Assembly: GCA_964291405.2 (NCBI GenBank)
Contig: OZ219926.1
Coordinates: forward strand, 1,888,001 to 1,952,000
Reading direction: 5' to 3'
Length of the DNA: 64,000 nucleotides
Origin: Thermodesulfobacteriota bacterium
Lineage (GTDB): Bacteria; Desulfobacterota; Binatia; Bin18
Below are positions 38,179 to 48,146 of the stretch, piece after piece (position 1 is the first letter of the stretch; each line of letters begins with the position of its first letter). The notes beneath the pieces were generated by a model. That model was given only the letters and a program-made list of their open reading frames with translations, was not told where the DNA came from and did not search any database. Both the position numbers and the translations under genes were made by a program.

Positions 38179-38506
38179 GTTTGGAGACATCGTCCTCGCG
38201 CCATTTCCTTTTACGGACCAAACCACAAGTAAACAGCGCCCGGCAGCGGTGGTGAGTTCATCCGCTTATAACCAAGATCGACCTGATCTCATCATTATTG
38301 CAATCACCAGTCAGGTCAGACCAACGTCCACGCTGGGAGAGGCCCACATTGTGAGCTGGAAAGCAGCCGGCCTTTTGAAACCGTCCATCATCAAACCAGT
38401 ACTGGCCACTCTCGAAAAAACGCTTATTCTCAAGAGGCTGGGCCGCTTAGGGGAACAGGATCAAAGGACTCTCCAAGAGATATTGAATGATATTCTTGGG
38501 AGCTAA
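38165..38506 (+). CDS. PemK/MazF family toxin
   Basis: FGDIVLAPFPFTD, KQRPAAVVS, AITS, GLLKPS. Confidence 0.9.
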   Translation: MTSYEFGDIVLAPFPFTDQTTSKQRPAAVVSSSAYNQDRPDLIIIAITSQVRPTSTLGEAHIVSWKAAGLLKPSIIKPVLATLEKTLILKRLGRLGEQDQRTLQEILNDILGS

Positions 38507-38530
38507 GCCTGGGCCGCCACCATCCCTACT

Positions 38531-39685
38531 CTACACCGGGGCCTCGTGCATCCGCCACGACTTTTTCCCCGCGGGTAGATTGAACAGCTTGGCGGCATTC
38601 TCCCGCATGATGTCCTGGCGTTGCTCTTCCGTGATATGGGCCGCGTGGTCGGCCAGTAATTGCTGGGAGCGCGGCCAAGTGGAATCCGTATGCGGAAAAT
38701 CACTCGCCCACAGCAACTGCTGGTGCGGCATGATATCGACCGCATGAAACGCGGTCGGGTCGTCCTGGAAAGTCATCCAGACATTGCTCTTGATATATTC
38801 GCTGGGCAGCTTTGACAGGCCGTCAATGATCCCGCCCTCGGCATTAATCCTGGCGGCGTGGTCCATGCGATACATATAGTGCGGCATCCAGCCAGCGTCG
38901 CCCTCTGCACACACGAGTTTCAGACGCGGATGGCGCTCGAAGACACCACCCAAAACCATGAGACCGACAACATCCTGGACGGCCCGGATAATGCCCAGAA
39001 AATTATTCATCTCATGGCCGCGGTGCGGCATGTTCAGGCTACCGTCCCGCGAGGTCAGAATATGAAAACAGATGGGCAACTCCAGGTCGGTTGCACACTC
39101 CCACAGGGCGTCGTAGTCAGCGTGGTCATAGTCTTCGTAGATGGGCCGACCGGGCATCATCATGCCGACCATGCCCATGTCCTTGGCGCGCCGGAAATCC
39201 TCAATCGCGCTGTCCACGCTCAATACCGCAGTCTGTGCCAGACCCAGGACGCGGTTCGGCGCTTCGCTGCACGTAGCCTGCAACCAGCGGTTATAGGCCA
39301 ACATGCAGGCGTTCTTATAGTCCGGGTCACGGTGCATGCACAGGCCCATGCCGATAGAGGCGTAAATGACCTCAGCCGCAATCCCATCCTGGTCCATATA
39401 CGAAATCCGCGCATGGCCGCCATAAGCTCCCTCGCGGATATCCGGGAATCTGATTTTTGCCGCCCGGTTGTTACGTTCCGTGACCGTAAAGCCGGCACCG
39501 TCAATGAATCCCAATTGAATCGGACGCTTCATGCCGTGGACGACAAAGGCGTCCGTGCCATCCGGTTGTTCGACGATACGCGGCGCGACGTCGCGGTATT
39601 TTGGTTCGATATAGTCGATGTAACAATTGGCCGGCTCACACACATGGCCGTCGGCTGAAATGATCCCTGCCGGTATCTCTTGCAT
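38531..39685 (-). CDS. Amidohydrolase_2 family protein
   Basis: ISADGHVCEP, AYNRWL, FERHPRLKLVCAE, WASDFPHTDSTWP. Confidence 0.92.
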   Translation of the reverse strand: MQEIPAGIISADGHVCEPANCYIDYIEPKYRDVAPRIVEQPDGTDAFVVHGMKRPIQLGFIDGAGFTVTERNNRAAKIRFPDIREGAYGGHARISYMDQDGIAAEVIYASIGMGLCMHRDPDYKNACMLAYNRWLQATCSEAPNRVLGLAQTAVLSVDSAIEDFRRAKDMGMVGMMMPGRPIYEDYDHADYDALWECATDLELPICFHILTSRDGSLNMPHRGHEMNNFLGIIRAVQDVVGLMVLGGVFERHPRLKLVCAEGDAGWMPHYMYRMDHAARINAEGGIIDGLSKLPSEYIKSNVWMTFQDDPTAFHAVDIMPHQQLLWASDFPHTDSTWPRSQQLLADHAAHITEEQRQDIMRENAAKLFNLPAGKKSWRMHEAPV

Positions 39686-39832
39686 CTTGTTCTCCGTTCC
39701 GGATTGGTCCTGACATACAAACGCTTGCGGCCCAGAGTACGGAAAGCGCGCCCTCTTTTCAAGAAAGTAGGAGAAACAGTGATTTCTACAGGGACTTATG
39801 GTAGGGGGGACACAACGTCAGAGGAGGGGGCC

Positions 39833-41110
39833 ATGCCAGCAACAACCAGCATACTCACCCAAGGACTCCGCGTCGGCATCATCGGGGGGTCGATTGCCGG
39901 CTGTACCGCGGCGGTCGAACTGCTGCGCTTAGGCTGCGAGGTGACGCTTTTAGAGCGCACGGGCGACACCCTGAAAGACAGGGGCGCGGGCATCGGCGTT
40001 CCACCCTCAGTCATGGACACCTTCATCGAACGCGACCTGGTCGATGCTGACACCCCCTTCTTCGCCGGGCATGCGTTCACACGCATCTGGCGAACAGAAA
40101 AAGAGCACCGTTACGGCTATCTTGCCTGGGACCAGCCCGCAAATTTGGCTCTGCTCAACTGGGGTGGGTTGTACCGAAACCTTCGCAAACGCGTTCCGGA
40201 TAGAGTATATCGCTCAGGGCAGCGAGCCGTGGCATTACACGAGCGACCCGATGGAACGGTTCAGGTGGAGTTGGCCGATGGGTCCACATCTGTATTTGAT
40301 CTGGTCGTCTGTGCTGATGGCTACACCTCGCTCGGGCGACGGACTCTCTTCCCCGATAGCGCCCTGAGGTATGCCGGCTATGTCTTGTGGCGGGGCTTCC
40401 TGTTTGAAGAGGAACTTGAAGAATCACAGCCGCTCGAAAGCGGTGTCCGCTGTTTAGGCTATCCGGGCGGACACGGTATTTTTTACTTTGTGCCAGGCTT
40501 GGACGGAGCGGTTGCGCCGGGTCAGCGTCTGGTGAATTGGGGCATATATGTCCCGATTGCCGCCTCCGCGCTGACCGATTTTCTGACAGACAAAGACGGC
40601 AACGCGCACTCGGGCTCGCTCCCCCCCGGCGGTATGCCCCTGGTCACTGAAGCTGAGCTGAAACGGCGCGCCCACGAACGGCTGCCCGACTATTACGCCG
40701 AGATCGTCGACAAATGCCAGGACACATTTGCCTACGCCATTTATGATTGTGAAGTCCCGGCCTACCGCAGAGGCCGGATCTGTCTGGTGGGCGACGCCGG
40801 GGCCTTCGCCCGTCCACACACGGCAGCCGGCGCGCTCAAAGGGATTAACGATGCCATCGCGCTGGGCGAAGCACTCACGACTCACAGTTCATTGGAGGCG
40901 GCGCTCAGCCAGTGGGACACAACCCGGACCGACACGAACAACGACTTGGTGAGATTTGGCAACCAGCTCGGGCGGGCGCTCGTCCTGGAAATTCCCGACT
41001 GGTCGCAGATGGACGCTCGGAGCATGGAGCAGTGGTTCACATCGATCGTGACGATCAAAACCGAAGTCCTCGATCCCGACCTGCAGAGCGCAGATGCCGC
41101 GCGGTTGTGA
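39833..41110 (+). CDS. FAD-dependent monooxygenase (2,6-dihydroxypyridine 3-hydroxylase-like)
   Basis: IIGGSIAG, RGAGI, CADG, YAGYVLWRG, LVGDA..ARPHTAAG. Confidence 0.88.
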   Translation: MPATTSILTQGLRVGIIGGSIAGCTAAVELLRLGCEVTLLERTGDTLKDRGAGIGVPPSVMDTFIERDLVDADTPFFAGHAFTRIWRTEKEHRYGYLAWDQPANLALLNWGGLYRNLRKRVPDRVYRSGQRAVALHERPDGTVQVELADGSTSVFDLVVCADGYTSLGRRTLFPDSALRYAGYVLWRGFLFEEELEESQPLESGVRCLGYPGGHGIFYFVPGLDGAVAPGQRLVNWGIYVPIAASALTDFLTDKDGNAHSGSLPPGGMPLVTEAELKRRAHERLPDYYAEIVDKCQDTFAYAIYDCEVPAYRRGRICLVGDAGAFARPHTAAGALKGINDAIALGEALTTHSSLEAALSQWDTTRTDTNNDLVRFGNQLGRALVLEIPDWSQMDARSMEQWFTSIVTIKTEVLDPDLQSADAARL

Positions 41111-41199
41111 CAAAATTCACACGAAAGCGTTGATTTCCGGTATTGAGAAGGAGTAGAGAGGAAAGAAGAGACTGCAAGAGTTGGGTAAAGGAGGGTTTT

Positions 41200-41322
41200 A
41201 TGCTCACCATCCTTGCGATAACAGTTTCTTTTCTGGTCTTTTTGGTTCTCGTCGGCCTACTGGCCCAACGGGCAGACCGAATACGAGACGAAGACGCTCA
41301 GGGGGAAGCAGACAGTCCCTAG
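41200..41322 (+). CDS. Small single-TM protein (40 aa)
   Basis: AAGGAGG RBS. MLTILAITVSFLVFLVLVGLLAQRADRIRDEDAQGEADSP. Confidence 0.55.
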   Translation: MLTILAITVSFLVFLVLVGLLAQRADRIRDEDAQGEADSP

Positions 41323-41602
41323 TCGCTACCGTAGCCTGCTGCACGTCGGGTGAGAGATCAGGGATTCACTGCGGGGCACAACCTTCCCTTCAGCATCAGG
41401 CGTGTGGAAAATCACGGCTGGCGGTTCTGATCCCAGCGCTTTCGTGCGGGTGCTGAAGACTACGGGTCTGTAGGTTGGCCGTCGTAAAACAGCAGACCAA
41501 AGATATTTGGACGCTTGACTCTTTCCTTGAGAAAAGCGGATAACAACAAAGAGCCAAACCGGCAGTAAGGTGTGTCAGTCAGAGATAAAGGGGGAACAAT
41601 CC

Positions 41603-42763
41603 ATGCCAGCGACTGCAGAACGTACACCAGAGGCACAGCGCATTTTTCAACAGGCCGTGGAAACCACGCTCCGGGAGAACGGTGAGATCGGGATGCAGGT
41701 CGCCGTGTATCTCGATGGCGAGCAAGTCGTAGATGTCTGGGGAGGCATTGCCGACGAGACCACTGGACGGGCAGTCGATGGGGATACGCTCTTCCCCTCC
41801 TTCTCCGTCATCAAGGCGACCACGGCCACCGCGCTCCATCTCCAGGCCGAACGTGGCTTGATTGAGTATGATGCGCCTATTGCGCACTACTGGCCCGAGT
41901 TCGCGGCGCACGGCAAGGACACCGCAACCGTCCGGGATGCGCTGAGCCACCGCCTGGGAATTCCGTATATGCCCGAGGGTGTCACACCGGAACTCATGAG
42001 TAATTATGACTGGATGGTCGAGCAACTGGCAAATATGAAGCCTATCTTTACGGGTGGCACTCAGAATGCCTATATGTGCTACACTTTCGGCTGGGTCATT
42101 GCCGAGTGCGTGCGCCGGACCGATCCCAAACACCGGCCCTACAGCACTTTCGTACAGGAAGAAATATGTGCGCCCCTTGATATTACGGATCTCTGGATCG
42201 GGATTCCTGAAGAAGCCGAACCACGCGTGGCGCGGCTGAAGAACGCGCCTCCACTGCCATTACCGGCAGATGCTCCGATCTTGCGTGCCATGCCGCCTCA
42301 GGTCGGAGCGACTGAGGAGGTCTTCGGCCGTTCCGATATGCGACGCGGCTGCATTCCGGGTGCACACGGCATTATGAACGCCCGCAGCTCGGCCCGGCTG
42401 TTTGCCATGCTGGCCAATGGTGGAAAACTGAACGGCGTTCGCTTACTGTCCGAAGAGCGGGTGAAGACATTTAGCACTCCGCGTCCTGATACGGATCAGC
42501 CGGACTCCGTGCTGGGTATGGCGATCCGCATGGGTACCGCCGGGCTGTGGGTCGGTGGAGTAAAAGATCCCAAATACCCGTTCCGCCTGGCCGGTTTGAA
42601 TCCACGTACGGTGTTCCATCCGGGCGCCGGCGGAGCGATTGCGTGGGCCGACCCGGACGCACGCCTGGCGGTTGCGATCTGTCACAATCGCATGGTCCAT
42701 AATCCCACGGTGACCTTCAAGCCCGTTCAGACTGCGGTCGAGCAGGTCTTTGGGGTCGTGTAA
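41603..42763 (+). CDS. Serine hydrolase, beta-lactamase/EstA family
   Basis: SVIK (SxxK), YWPEF, LSHR.G, HPGAGG, WADPD. Confidence 0.9.
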   Translation: MPATAERTPEAQRIFQQAVETTLRENGEIGMQVAVYLDGEQVVDVWGGIADETTGRAVDGDTLFPSFSVIKATTATALHLQAERGLIEYDAPIAHYWPEFAAHGKDTATVRDALSHRLGIPYMPEGVTPELMSNYDWMVEQLANMKPIFTGGTQNAYMCYTFGWVIAECVRRTDPKHRPYSTFVQEEICAPLDITDLWIGIPEEAEPRVARLKNAPPLPLPADAPILRAMPPQVGATEEVFGRSDMRRGCIPGAHGIMNARSSARLFAMLANGGKLNGVRLLSEERVKTFSTPRPDTDQPDSVLGMAIRMGTAGLWVGGVKDPKYPFRLAGLNPRTVFHPGAGGAIAWADPDARLAVAICHNRMVHNPTVTFKPVQTAVEQVFGVV

Positions 42764-42773
42764 GGAGAACGGG

Positions 42774-43268
42774 ATGACGCTGCCTGATTCTGCAATCGTA
42801 CTTCAGCGGGGAGAGGGCGACTCTGTCGCCATTGGGACCGGCACCCGGTGTACATTTAAGGTGAGGGGAAAAGACACCGAGGGTCATTTCGGCCTGTTCG
42901 AGTATATAATGGAACCTGGGACTGAGGGACCGCGCCGCCATATTCACCGTCAGATGGCGGAAATATTCTACGTTGTCGAGGGTGCAATCGAACTCCTCGT
43001 CGGGGACGAGAAGATGACGGCCCAGGCTGGAACGACCGCCCTCGTCCCCAAGGAAGCGATACACGCCTTTTCCAACCCAGGCGCACAGCGCTCCGTATTG
43101 TTGATCATGTTTTGCCCGGCCGACTCACGCGAGAAATACTTCGAGGGCCTGGCCGAACTCACCAAAGGCGGAAAACCGCCGGACCAACGCGCCCTCCTTG
43201 AGTTAATGCGCAAGTATGACACGGAGCCAGTGGCGGAACCGCTCTATGGAGAAGTAGAGACGCGGTAG
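42774..43268 (+). CDS. Cupin domain protein
   Basis: GPRRHIHR..EIFYVVEG...PKEAIHAF. Confidence 0.85.
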   Translation: MTLPDSAIVLQRGEGDSVAIGTGTRCTFKVRGKDTEGHFGLFEYIMEPGTEGPRRHIHRQMAEIFYVVEGAIELLVGDEKMTAQAGTTALVPKEAIHAFSNPGAQRSVLLIMFCPADSREKYFEGLAELTKGGKPPDQRALLELMRKYDTEPVAEPLYGEVETR

Positions 43269-43318
43269 ACGAGAGAACACGCCTTGAGCGCTCCCCCACG
43301 CTGGGCTAACGTGTCGGC

Positions 43319-44938
43319 ATGAACGCCCAACAGGAATACCCGCCGCAAGAGACGCTCACCTTCGATAATCGCTTTACGCGGGAACTGCCTGCCGACCCTG
43401 AAACCGGCAACACTCGGCGTCAGGTCACGCGGGCGTGTTATTCCCGTGTCCAGCCGACACAAGTCGCTCAGCCCCAGTTGGTTGCCTATGCCTGGGAAGT
43501 GGCCGAGGAATTGGGCTTTTCTCGCGCGTTTTGTGAGTCGGACGATTTCCCCCACATCTTCTCTGGGAACCGGGTGCTGGACGGCATGGACCCCTACGCG
43601 ATGTGTTATGGTGGCCATCAGTTCGGCAACTGGGCCGGGCAACTCGGGGACGGCCGGGCCATTAATCTGGGCGAACTCATCGGTCCGACCGGAAAACACT
43701 GGGTGGTCCAACTCAAGGGGGCTGGCCTGACGCCCTATTCGCGCAGCGCGGATGGACTGGCCGTCCTGCGCTCGTCCATCCGTGAGTTCTTATGCAGCGA
43801 AGCCATGTACCACCTCGGTGTCCCGACCACCCGCGCGCTCAGCCTGGTCTCGACGGGTGAACACGTCATCCGCGATATGTTTTATGATGGTAACCCCAAA
43901 CCCGAGCCGGGAGCCGTGGTGTGTCGGGTCGCGCCGTCTTTTGTGCGCTTTGGGAATTTTCAGATCTTTGCCGCCCGCGGAGAAATCGACGTCTTACAAC
44001 AGTTGGTGGACTACACCATCCGCACCGACTTTCCTCACCTGGGCGAGCCGTCCCGGGCGACCTATCTGGCCTGGTTCGAGGAAGTCTGCCGGACAACCGC
44101 CCAGATGATCGTACACTGGCTGCGGGTCGGCTTTGTCCACGGGGTGATGAACACGGATAATATGTCCATCCTGGGGTTGACGATTGACTACGGCCCGTAC
44201 GGCTGGCTGGAAAACTATGACCCCAACTGGACGCCCAATACTACCGATGCCGCGAGTCATCGCTATGCCTTTGGCAAACAACCCCAGATCGCCCATTGGA
44301 ACCTGGTCCAGCTTGCCAACGCCCTCCACCCCCTGATTGAGCAGACGGAACCGCTGGTAGAGGCGCTGAACAGCTATGGGCAGGAATTTGAGTCGTTCTG
44401 GCAATCCACGATGGCCCACAAATTGGGCCTTCAAGCCTTCAAGCCCGACCTGGACGATGGCCTGATCACCGGTCTGCTGAAAATCTTGCAACTGGCCGAG
44501 ACGGACATGACCATCTTCTATCGACGGCTGGCAAGCCTTGATCTCGACACTCAACCTGGAGACCGGATCGACGACGCCACCTTGATAGAGCCGCTACTGG
44601 ACGCCTACTACGTCCCGGAACAGCTAACCCCGGAGACAACGGCCCGTATCGCTGCCTGGCTGCGCCGCTATCACGACCGGGTGAGCGAAGACGGGACGGA
44701 TAACGAGACACGTCGGAAACGGATGAATACGGTCAACCCGAAATATGTGCTGCGCAACTATCTCGCCCAGCTCGCTATCGACAAGGCTGAGCAGGGCGAC
44801 CCCTCCATGGTGCACGACTTGCTGGAACTCCTCCGCCACCCCTATGATGAACAGCCGGACAAAGAAGCCTACGCCCAAAAACGGCCCGACTGGGCCCGCC
44901 AGCGTCCCGGCTGTTCCATGCTGTCGTGCAGTTCGTGA
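43319..44938 (+). CDS. selO: Protein adenylyltransferase SelO/YdiU (Cys-type C-terminus)
   Basis: YGGHQFG..AGQLGDGRA, QLKGAG.TPYSR.ADG, GFVHGVMNTDN, IDYGPY, C-terminal CSMLSCSS. Confidence 0.95.
   Translation: MNAQQEYPPQETLTFDNRFTRELPADPETGNTRRQVTRACYSRVQPTQVAQPQLVAYAWEVAEELGFSRAFCESDDFPHIFSGNRVLDGMDPYAMCYGGHQFGNWAGQLGDGRAINLGELIGPTGKHWVVQLKGAGLTPYSRSADGLAVLRSSIREFLCSEAMYHLGVPTTRALSLVSTGEHVIRDMFYDGNPKPEPGAVVCRVAPSFVRFGNFQIFAARGEIDVLQQLVDYTIRTDFPHLGEPSRATYLAWFEEVCRTTAQMIVHWLRVGFVHGVMNTDNMSILGLTIDYGPYGWLENYDPNWTPNTTDAASHRYAFGKQPQIAHWNLVQLANALHPLIEQTEPLVEALNSYGQEFESFWQSTMAHKLGLQAFKPDLDDGLITGLLKILQLAETDMTIFYRRLASLDLDTQPGDRIDDATLIEPLLDAYYVPEQLTPETTARIAAWLRRYHDRVSEDGTDNETRRKRMNTVNPKYVLRNYLAQLAIDKAEQGDPSMVHDLLELLRHPYDEQPDKEAYAQKRPDWARQRPGCSMLSCSS
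44909..44938 (+). repeat. 30-bp direct repeat, copy 1 (selO 3' end)
   Basis: GGCTGTTCCATGCTGTCGTGCAGTTCGTGA. Confidence 0.9.
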
Positions 44939-45050
44939 GCTTCGGCTAAATCCGAACAACGCATCGTAAACCATTTGGAAACGATTGATAGACAACAGGG
45001 ATATAAAACGCAGAAACACAACACGTTCACCATTGAGCGAAAGCAGCGGT

Positions 45051-45380
45051 ATGTCCCTTCCAAACGCGGAGCGTGCTGTAGTGGATATTCGTAAACTCCG
45101 TAACTACTGCTTGAGTCCCTTACACGACGAGGGGAAGCATAAAGCGCGGTTGTTTGCTGCTCTGAGCCTCAATGCTAACGACGCCGAGGCATTACGCGGC
45201 ATCTTACTCCAGGTAGTCAAAACCCACGAAGCGCGGTTAGGACGCCGCGACGCGTATGGACAACGGTATATTGTAGATTTCTTTCTTGTGTGGCGTGGCA
45301 AACGAGCCTTGGTCCGAAGTGGGTGGATTATCGAGCATGGGAGAGATATCCCTAGGCTCGCGACGTGCTATCCTCTCTGA
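45051..45380 (+). CDS. DUF6883-like putative toxin
   Basis: LPNAERAVVDIRKLRNYCL...GKHKARLF...YGQRY...SGWI...PRLATCY. Confidence 0.75.
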   Translation: MSLPNAERAVVDIRKLRNYCLSPLHDEGKHKARLFAALSLNANDAEALRGILLQVVKTHEARLGRRDAYGQRYIVDFFLVWRGKRALVRSGWIIEHGRDIPRLATCYPL

Positions 45381-45396
45381 GAAAAAGAGGTGGACG

Positions 45397-45642
45397 ATGA
45401 CAATCCCAATAAAACTGTTAGACGTAGTGGCCCTCACGGTTGACTTGCCTGACTATCAGCTGTGGCGTGGGCAGGTTGGGACGGTCGTAGAAATTCTGGC
45501 GGATGGCGAAGCGTTTGAAGTCGAATTTTGTGACCGAGAGGGCCGGACATACGAGTCGGTGGGTCTCCGACCGGATCAGATCATGGTGTTGCACTATGAG
45601 CCTTGGGTATCTCAACCGCCATCTGCTCCGGAGACTGCCTAG
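45397..45642 (+). CDS. DUF4926 domain protein (putative antitoxin/immunity protein)
   Basis: LLDVVALTVDLP..L.RGQVGTVVE....FEVEF....GRTY. Confidence 0.85.
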   Translation: MTIPIKLLDVVALTVDLPDYQLWRGQVGTVVEILADGEAFEVEFCDREGRTYESVGLRPDQIMVLHYEPWVSQPPSAPETA

Positions 45643-45670
45643 AAGCTTGAATATACTCCCGGACTGCCTT

Positions 45671-45700
45671 GGCTGTTCCATGCTGTCGTGCGGTTCGTGA
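45671..45700 (+). repeat. 30-bp direct repeat, copy 2
   Basis: GGCTGTTCCATGCTGTCGTGCGGTTCGTGA; 29/30 identical to 44909-44938. Confidence 0.9.
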
Positions 45701-45721
45701 TGATGCGTCAGGAGGGAGAGA

Positions 45722-46131
45722 ATGGCACAACTGACCATGCTTCCGGCTGAGAGCCCAGGCGCACAGTGGATTACGGACGCGATAGAGGAATTAGAACACA
45801 TAGACGGCGAGGTGGCAGAGGATGCCCTGCCGGAAATTCATGCGGATACCAGGAAACATGCTCGGCGAATGATTCTCGTGCCGCTTCCAAAAACCAGCCT
45901 ATCGCCCCGACCGTCTACCCCACGACGGACGGTGAGATCGCTCTGTATTTTAAGTCACCGAGCGCGGCGTCTTCCGTTCTGATCCTGGTAGGAAACGATA
46001 GGCAGGCTGCGTGTTTCTCGTACATCAACGGAAAAAATCGGCGCGCCCGGTACAACAATGTGGCTGACCTCCCGGACGCATTTGTGAAGGCGCAGGTACG
46101 GGCGCTTCAGGAAGCAGCGTTTGGAGAATAA
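45722..46131 (+). pseudogene. Probable frameshifted hypothetical gene
   Basis: RBS-led ORF 45722..45982 looks protein-like up to about RRMIL. The overlapping frame 45766..46131 becomes protein-like from about 45878 (PIAPTVYPTTDGEIALYF...). Confidence 0.55.
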
Positions 46132-46199
46132 TACGTGAACATACGACTTCTGGATTTGTAGGAATCCAAGATCAGGAGATCGTTTAGAAGGAGAGAATC

Positions 46200-47096
46200 A
46201 TGGCACATCTGACAACCCTCCCGGCAACGGCAGACACCGCGGATATCCTCCCGATCATTGAAAAGGACGGGGCGGTTATCCTGAAGGATATGCTCCTCCC
46301 TGCCGAGGTCGATCGGGTGCTGAGCGAAACCGGACCGTATATCGAAGCCACGCGCAACGGCCAGGACCCGTTCGTCGGTCTCCGGACGACACGCACGGGC
46401 GCGCTGGTGGCCCGCTCGCCGGCGTGTCGAGATCTGGTGACCAATCGGTCGGTGCTCGGAGCCGCCCAGACCTTTCTGGCTCCCTACTGCTCACGCATTC
46501 AACTCCATCTCGGCCAGATTATTCGCATCCGACCCGGCCAGCCCAAGCAGGCAATCCACCGTGACCGCTGGGCCTGGGGAACCTATCTGAAAGACATCGA
46601 GCCCCAGTTCAACACCATGTGGGCGCTGACCGATTTTACCCGTGAAAACGGAGCCACGCGGGTTATTCCGGGCAGTCCGGACTGGCCGGATGGACGCCGG
46701 GCGGATAAGGACGAAATTGCCCAGGCCGAGATGACGCGCGGCTCGGTGCTGCTGTATACCGGCTCGGTCTTGCACGCCGCAGGCGCGAATGACTCGGCCG
46801 ACGACCGGATCGGCCTGAATATCACCTACTCGCTGGCTTGGCTGCGCCAGGAGGAAAACCAGTACCTGTCCTGTCCACCCGAGATTGCAAAAACCTTATC
46901 AACCGAATTGCAGGATCTGCTCGGCTATACGCTGGGGAGTTACGCCCTGGGCTATTACACGCCACCACTGCCACCGGGAGAAGGCCCCGAGTCCATCGGG
47001 CCGCAATACGCCCTGGGCCGAGAGCAAGACGGAGAAGGCCTGGGCAGTGCGGAACTGCGCCGGGAAATCCAAACCGCAACCTATAGTAAGATCTGA
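46200..47096 (+). CDS. Phytanoyl-CoA dioxygenase family (Fe/2OG)
   Basis: QAIHRD, WALTDFTRENGATRVIPGS, HAAGAN, WLRQEENQYL. Confidence 0.92.
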   Translation: MAHLTTLPATADTADILPIIEKDGAVILKDMLLPAEVDRVLSETGPYIEATRNGQDPFVGLRTTRTGALVARSPACRDLVTNRSVLGAAQTFLAPYCSRIQLHLGQIIRIRPGQPKQAIHRDRWAWGTYLKDIEPQFNTMWALTDFTRENGATRVIPGSPDWPDGRRADKDEIAQAEMTRGSVLLYTGSVLHAAGANDSADDRIGLNITYSLAWLRQEENQYLSCPPEIAKTLSTELQDLLGYTLGSYALGYYTPPLPPGEGPESIGPQYALGREQDGEGLGSAELRREIQTATYSKI

Positions 47097-47160
47097 TTGA
47101 TTTGCCAGTTACAGCAAACGAATCCTTTTATACTGGCTTATCAACCTTGAGGAGCGACGC

Positions 47161-48114
47161 ATGATCAATCGCAACTTTGAAATGATTCAAACAAACGGAG
47201 TCAGGCTACGCACCGTTGTAGAGGGCGACGGACCGCTGGTGATTCTGCTCCACGGCTGGCCGCAGTGCTGGTACCTGTGGCGACACCAGATTGACCCGCT
47301 CGTGGCCGCGGGCTATCGCGTCGCCGTGCCCGACCAACGCGGCTATGGCGGCAGTGAGTGTCCGCCCAACGTCTCGGATTATAATATTCGCACGCTGGCC
47401 GCCGATGTGGCCGGTATCGCCCCGGCCCTGGGCTATGATGAATTCACCCTCATCGGTCATGACTGGGGCTGTGTGGTGGCCTGGAATACCGCCCTGCTCC
47501 ACGAGGAAAGCTGTACCGCCGTGATGGGCCTGTCCGTTCCCTTTTGGCGCATGACGGACGCCGCGGTGAATCCGCCGGGCATGGACGACCAGTTCTGGTA
47601 TATGCGCTACTTTCAGGAAGAAGGCCGGGTTGAAGCCGAGCTTGAAAAAGACCTGGAACGCAGCCTGCGCATCCTGTACTACGGGCTGTGCGCCGACGCG
47701 CCGGCGCAGAGTTGGATGAAGCAACTGGAGCACCCCAGGTCGAGCGGTCTGCTGGACGCGCTGCCCGAGCCGGAGCAGTTGCCAAGCTGGCTCACCCAGG
47801 AAGACCTTGACTATTACGTCGAGCAGTACCGGACGAGCGGTTTCCGAGGACCGGTAAACTGGTACCGCAACATCCCGACGAATAATGGCATTACACCCGA
47901 GCTCGAAGGCAAGAAATTCTCTCAGCCCGCGGCCTTTGTGGCCGGGGCGGCAGACGATGTCCTGCTCTACGATCCCAACTGGCGCGCCACGTTTCCGGAC
48001 GCGTTTGAAGACCTGCGCTTTCTCGAAATCATTGACGGCGCCGGTCATTGGGTGCAGGCGGAAAAGCCGCAGGAAACAACCGAGTGCATCCTGCGCTTTT
48101 TACGCGGCCTGTAA
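47161..48114 (+). CDS. Epoxide hydrolase (alpha/beta hydrolase)
   Basis: LHGWP, PDQRGYG, GHDWG, NWYRN, GAGHWVQ. Confidence 0.9.
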   Translation: MINRNFEMIQTNGVRLRTVVEGDGPLVILLHGWPQCWYLWRHQIDPLVAAGYRVAVPDQRGYGGSECPPNVSDYNIRTLAADVAGIAPALGYDEFTLIGHDWGCVVAWNTALLHEESCTAVMGLSVPFWRMTDAAVNPPGMDDQFWYMRYFQEEGRVEAELEKDLERSLRILYYGLCADAPAQSWMKQLEHPRSSGLLDALPEPEQLPSWLTQEDLDYYVEQYRTSGFRGPVNWYRNIPTNNGITPELEGKKFSQPAAFVAGAADDVLLYDPNWRATFPDAFEDLRFLEIIDGAGHWVQAEKPQETTECILRFLRGL

Positions 48115-48146
48115 AACGGAGCGCCTGCGGCGCGGTCTCCGTCAGT

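Noticed and set aside
44900-44938. SelO as a second selenoprotein
   Set aside because: The C-terminal motif uses Cys codons (CSMLSCSS) and the TGA follows the complete motif, so it is a true stop.
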